Assembly: GCA_047967505.1 (NCBI GenBank)
Contig: CM106538.1
Strand: one strand, 5' to 3'
DNA length: 64,000 bases
Origin: Dipteris shenzhenensis
Lineage: Eukaryota
This document shows, in pieces, positions 62,131 to 64,000 of the stretch (positions are counted from its first letter, which is position 1; every line of letters begins with the position of its first letter). The notes below the pieces were generated by a model, which was not told the DNA's origin, searched no databases, and saw only the letters and a program-made list of their open reading frames with translations. The translations under genes were made by a program, and so were the position numbers.

Positions 62131-63765
62131 CACCTCAAATACTATTTTTTGGTGGTTGTGCATAATACTTGTTGATGAAAAACTGGGTTTGTGCCGACTT
62201 TGACCATCCAAAGCATATCTGATGGGCACGATACTTTGCAAGAACCTCAACATAGGTTGTATTGATGTGTGTGAAAAGTATCATGCCCATCAGGTATGAG
62301 TGCCTTTGAATACACACCTCAGATACTATTCTTTGGCAATTGTGCATAACACTTGATGAAAAATGGGGTTTGTGGCGTGTTTGGCCATCCAAAGAATATC
62401 CGATGGACATGATAATTTTCATGCGCCTCTAATTAGATTATATGAACACATGTGAAAATAATTATTCCCATCGAGTATGAGAGCATTCAAATAATACACC
62501 TCAGATACTATTTTTTGGTAGTTGTGCATAACACTTGGTGAAAAATAGAGTGGTGGCATGTTTGATGATCCAAAGCATATCTGATGGGCATGATATTTTT
62601 CATGTGCCTCAACATAGATTGTATTAATGTGTGTATAAAGTATTTGCATTTGAATGACACACCTCAGATACATTTTATGGCAGTTGTGCATAACACTTGG
62701 TGAAACACGGAGTTTGTGGTGACTTCGACCATCCATAGGATATCTGATGGGCACGATAATTTGGAAACAGATCAACATAGGTAGGATTGACACATGGGAA
62801 AAGTATCATGCCCATCATGTGTGTTCACATTTGAATAACACACATAGATCTTGTTTTTTGGTGGTTGTGCATGACACTTAGTGATGAAAAATAGGGTTTG
62901 TGGCGAGTTTGACCATCTAAAGCATGTTCAATGATGATACTTTGCACATGACTCAACAAAAGTTAAATTGACATGAGTGCAAGGTTTTATCCTCATCTGG
63001 TATGTGCGCATTTAAATAACACACCTCAAATACTATTTTTTGGTAGTTGTGCATAATACTTGATGAAAAACTGGGTTTGTGCCGACTTTGACCATCCAAA
63101 GCATATCCGAAGGGCACAACACTTTACACACACCTCAACATAGGTTGTATTGACATGTGTGCAAAGTATCGTGCCCATTGGGTATGAGTTGAAATTTGAA
63201 TAACACATGTCAAATACTTTTTTTTTTTGTAGTTGTGCATTACACTTGGTGAAAAATGGGGTTTGTGGTGCATTTGACCATGCAAAGCATATCTAATGGA
63301 CATTATATTTTTCATGCACCTCTAATTAGGTTAGATTAAGATGTGTGCAAAGAATTGTGCCCATTTGTATGAGAGCATTTGAATAATAAACCTTAGATAC
63401 TAATTTTTGCTGGTTGTGCACAACACTTGGTGAAAAACTGAGTTTGTAGCACGTTTGACCATTGAAAGCATATCCGCGATGGTGGGCACAATATTTTGCA
63501 TATGCCTCAACATATATTGTATTGATCTGTGTTCCAAGTATAGTGCCCATAGGTATGAGTGCATTCGAATGACACACCTTAGATACTATTTTTTGGCGGT
63601 TGTGCATAACACTTGGTGAAAAACAGGGTTTGTGGCAACTTTGACCATCCAGAGCATATATGATGGGCACCATACTTTGCATACAGATCAACATAGGTTG
63701 TCTTGATGCATGTGAAAATTATCACGCCCATCGATTATGTGTGCATTTGAATAAAACACCTAAGA
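62131..63765. repeat. Tandem satellite, about 182-bp monomer, 9 diverged units
   Basis: Unit starts (CACCTCAGATAC-like) at about 62131, 62315, 62497, 62660, 62841, 63022, 63206, 63389, 63575 and 63757. Confidence 0.92.
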
Positions 63766-64000
63766 GCGTGTCTTTTGGCCGTCGTGCACTCGGGGGGGTC
63801 ACTATGTATAAACCCTCTATATCACGTGCATTCAAGGCCTATATTTAGAATCCCTTATCTGTAAAATATTTTGTTAATAAAATGTACCCCTTTTCTATAC
63901 AAATCCGTAAATTTTTCCCAAAACTATTTTAAATAGTGCCTTATGTATATTTATTTCTGTAAATTTTATAAATAAAAAATATCGTTCTATTGAAGTCACG

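Noticed and set aside
62131-63765. CRISPR array or coding ORFs in the repeat
   Set aside because: Whole monomers repeat with no unique spacers, the context is eukaryotic, and the ORFs are repeat artefacts.

Overview
Eukaryotic land-plant DNA: GT-AG introns, a plant-specific SBP-box gene, Ty1/copia and En/Spm elements; the species cannot be determined from the sequence. One intact host gene is present, a 3-exon SPL transcription factor (45625-48311, +) with a miR156/miR529 target site. It lies among nested transposons: several copia fragments, one young full-length copia (31700-37192), CACTA ends, three copies of an En/Spm family with CACAA termini, a 3.8-kb tandem duplication, a 3.5-kb GA/ATGC low-complexity array and a ~182-bp satellite. 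The main observation is a TIR-bounded DNA element at 15124-30684 (about 8.2 kb after removing a nested En/Spm). The window also contains the duplicated empty site, which shows the element inserted between T and A with no target-site duplication. It carries a truncated putative DDE transposase plus intron-containing chromatin-related cargo: a divergent histone H3 apparently fused in frame to a Ulp1/C48 SUMO-protease domain, a BAH-like plus ubiquitin-like domain protein, and an unknown ORF. This copy is pseudogenised, mostly by C>T stop codons. All domain calls are by-eye motif recognition; no database searches were run.
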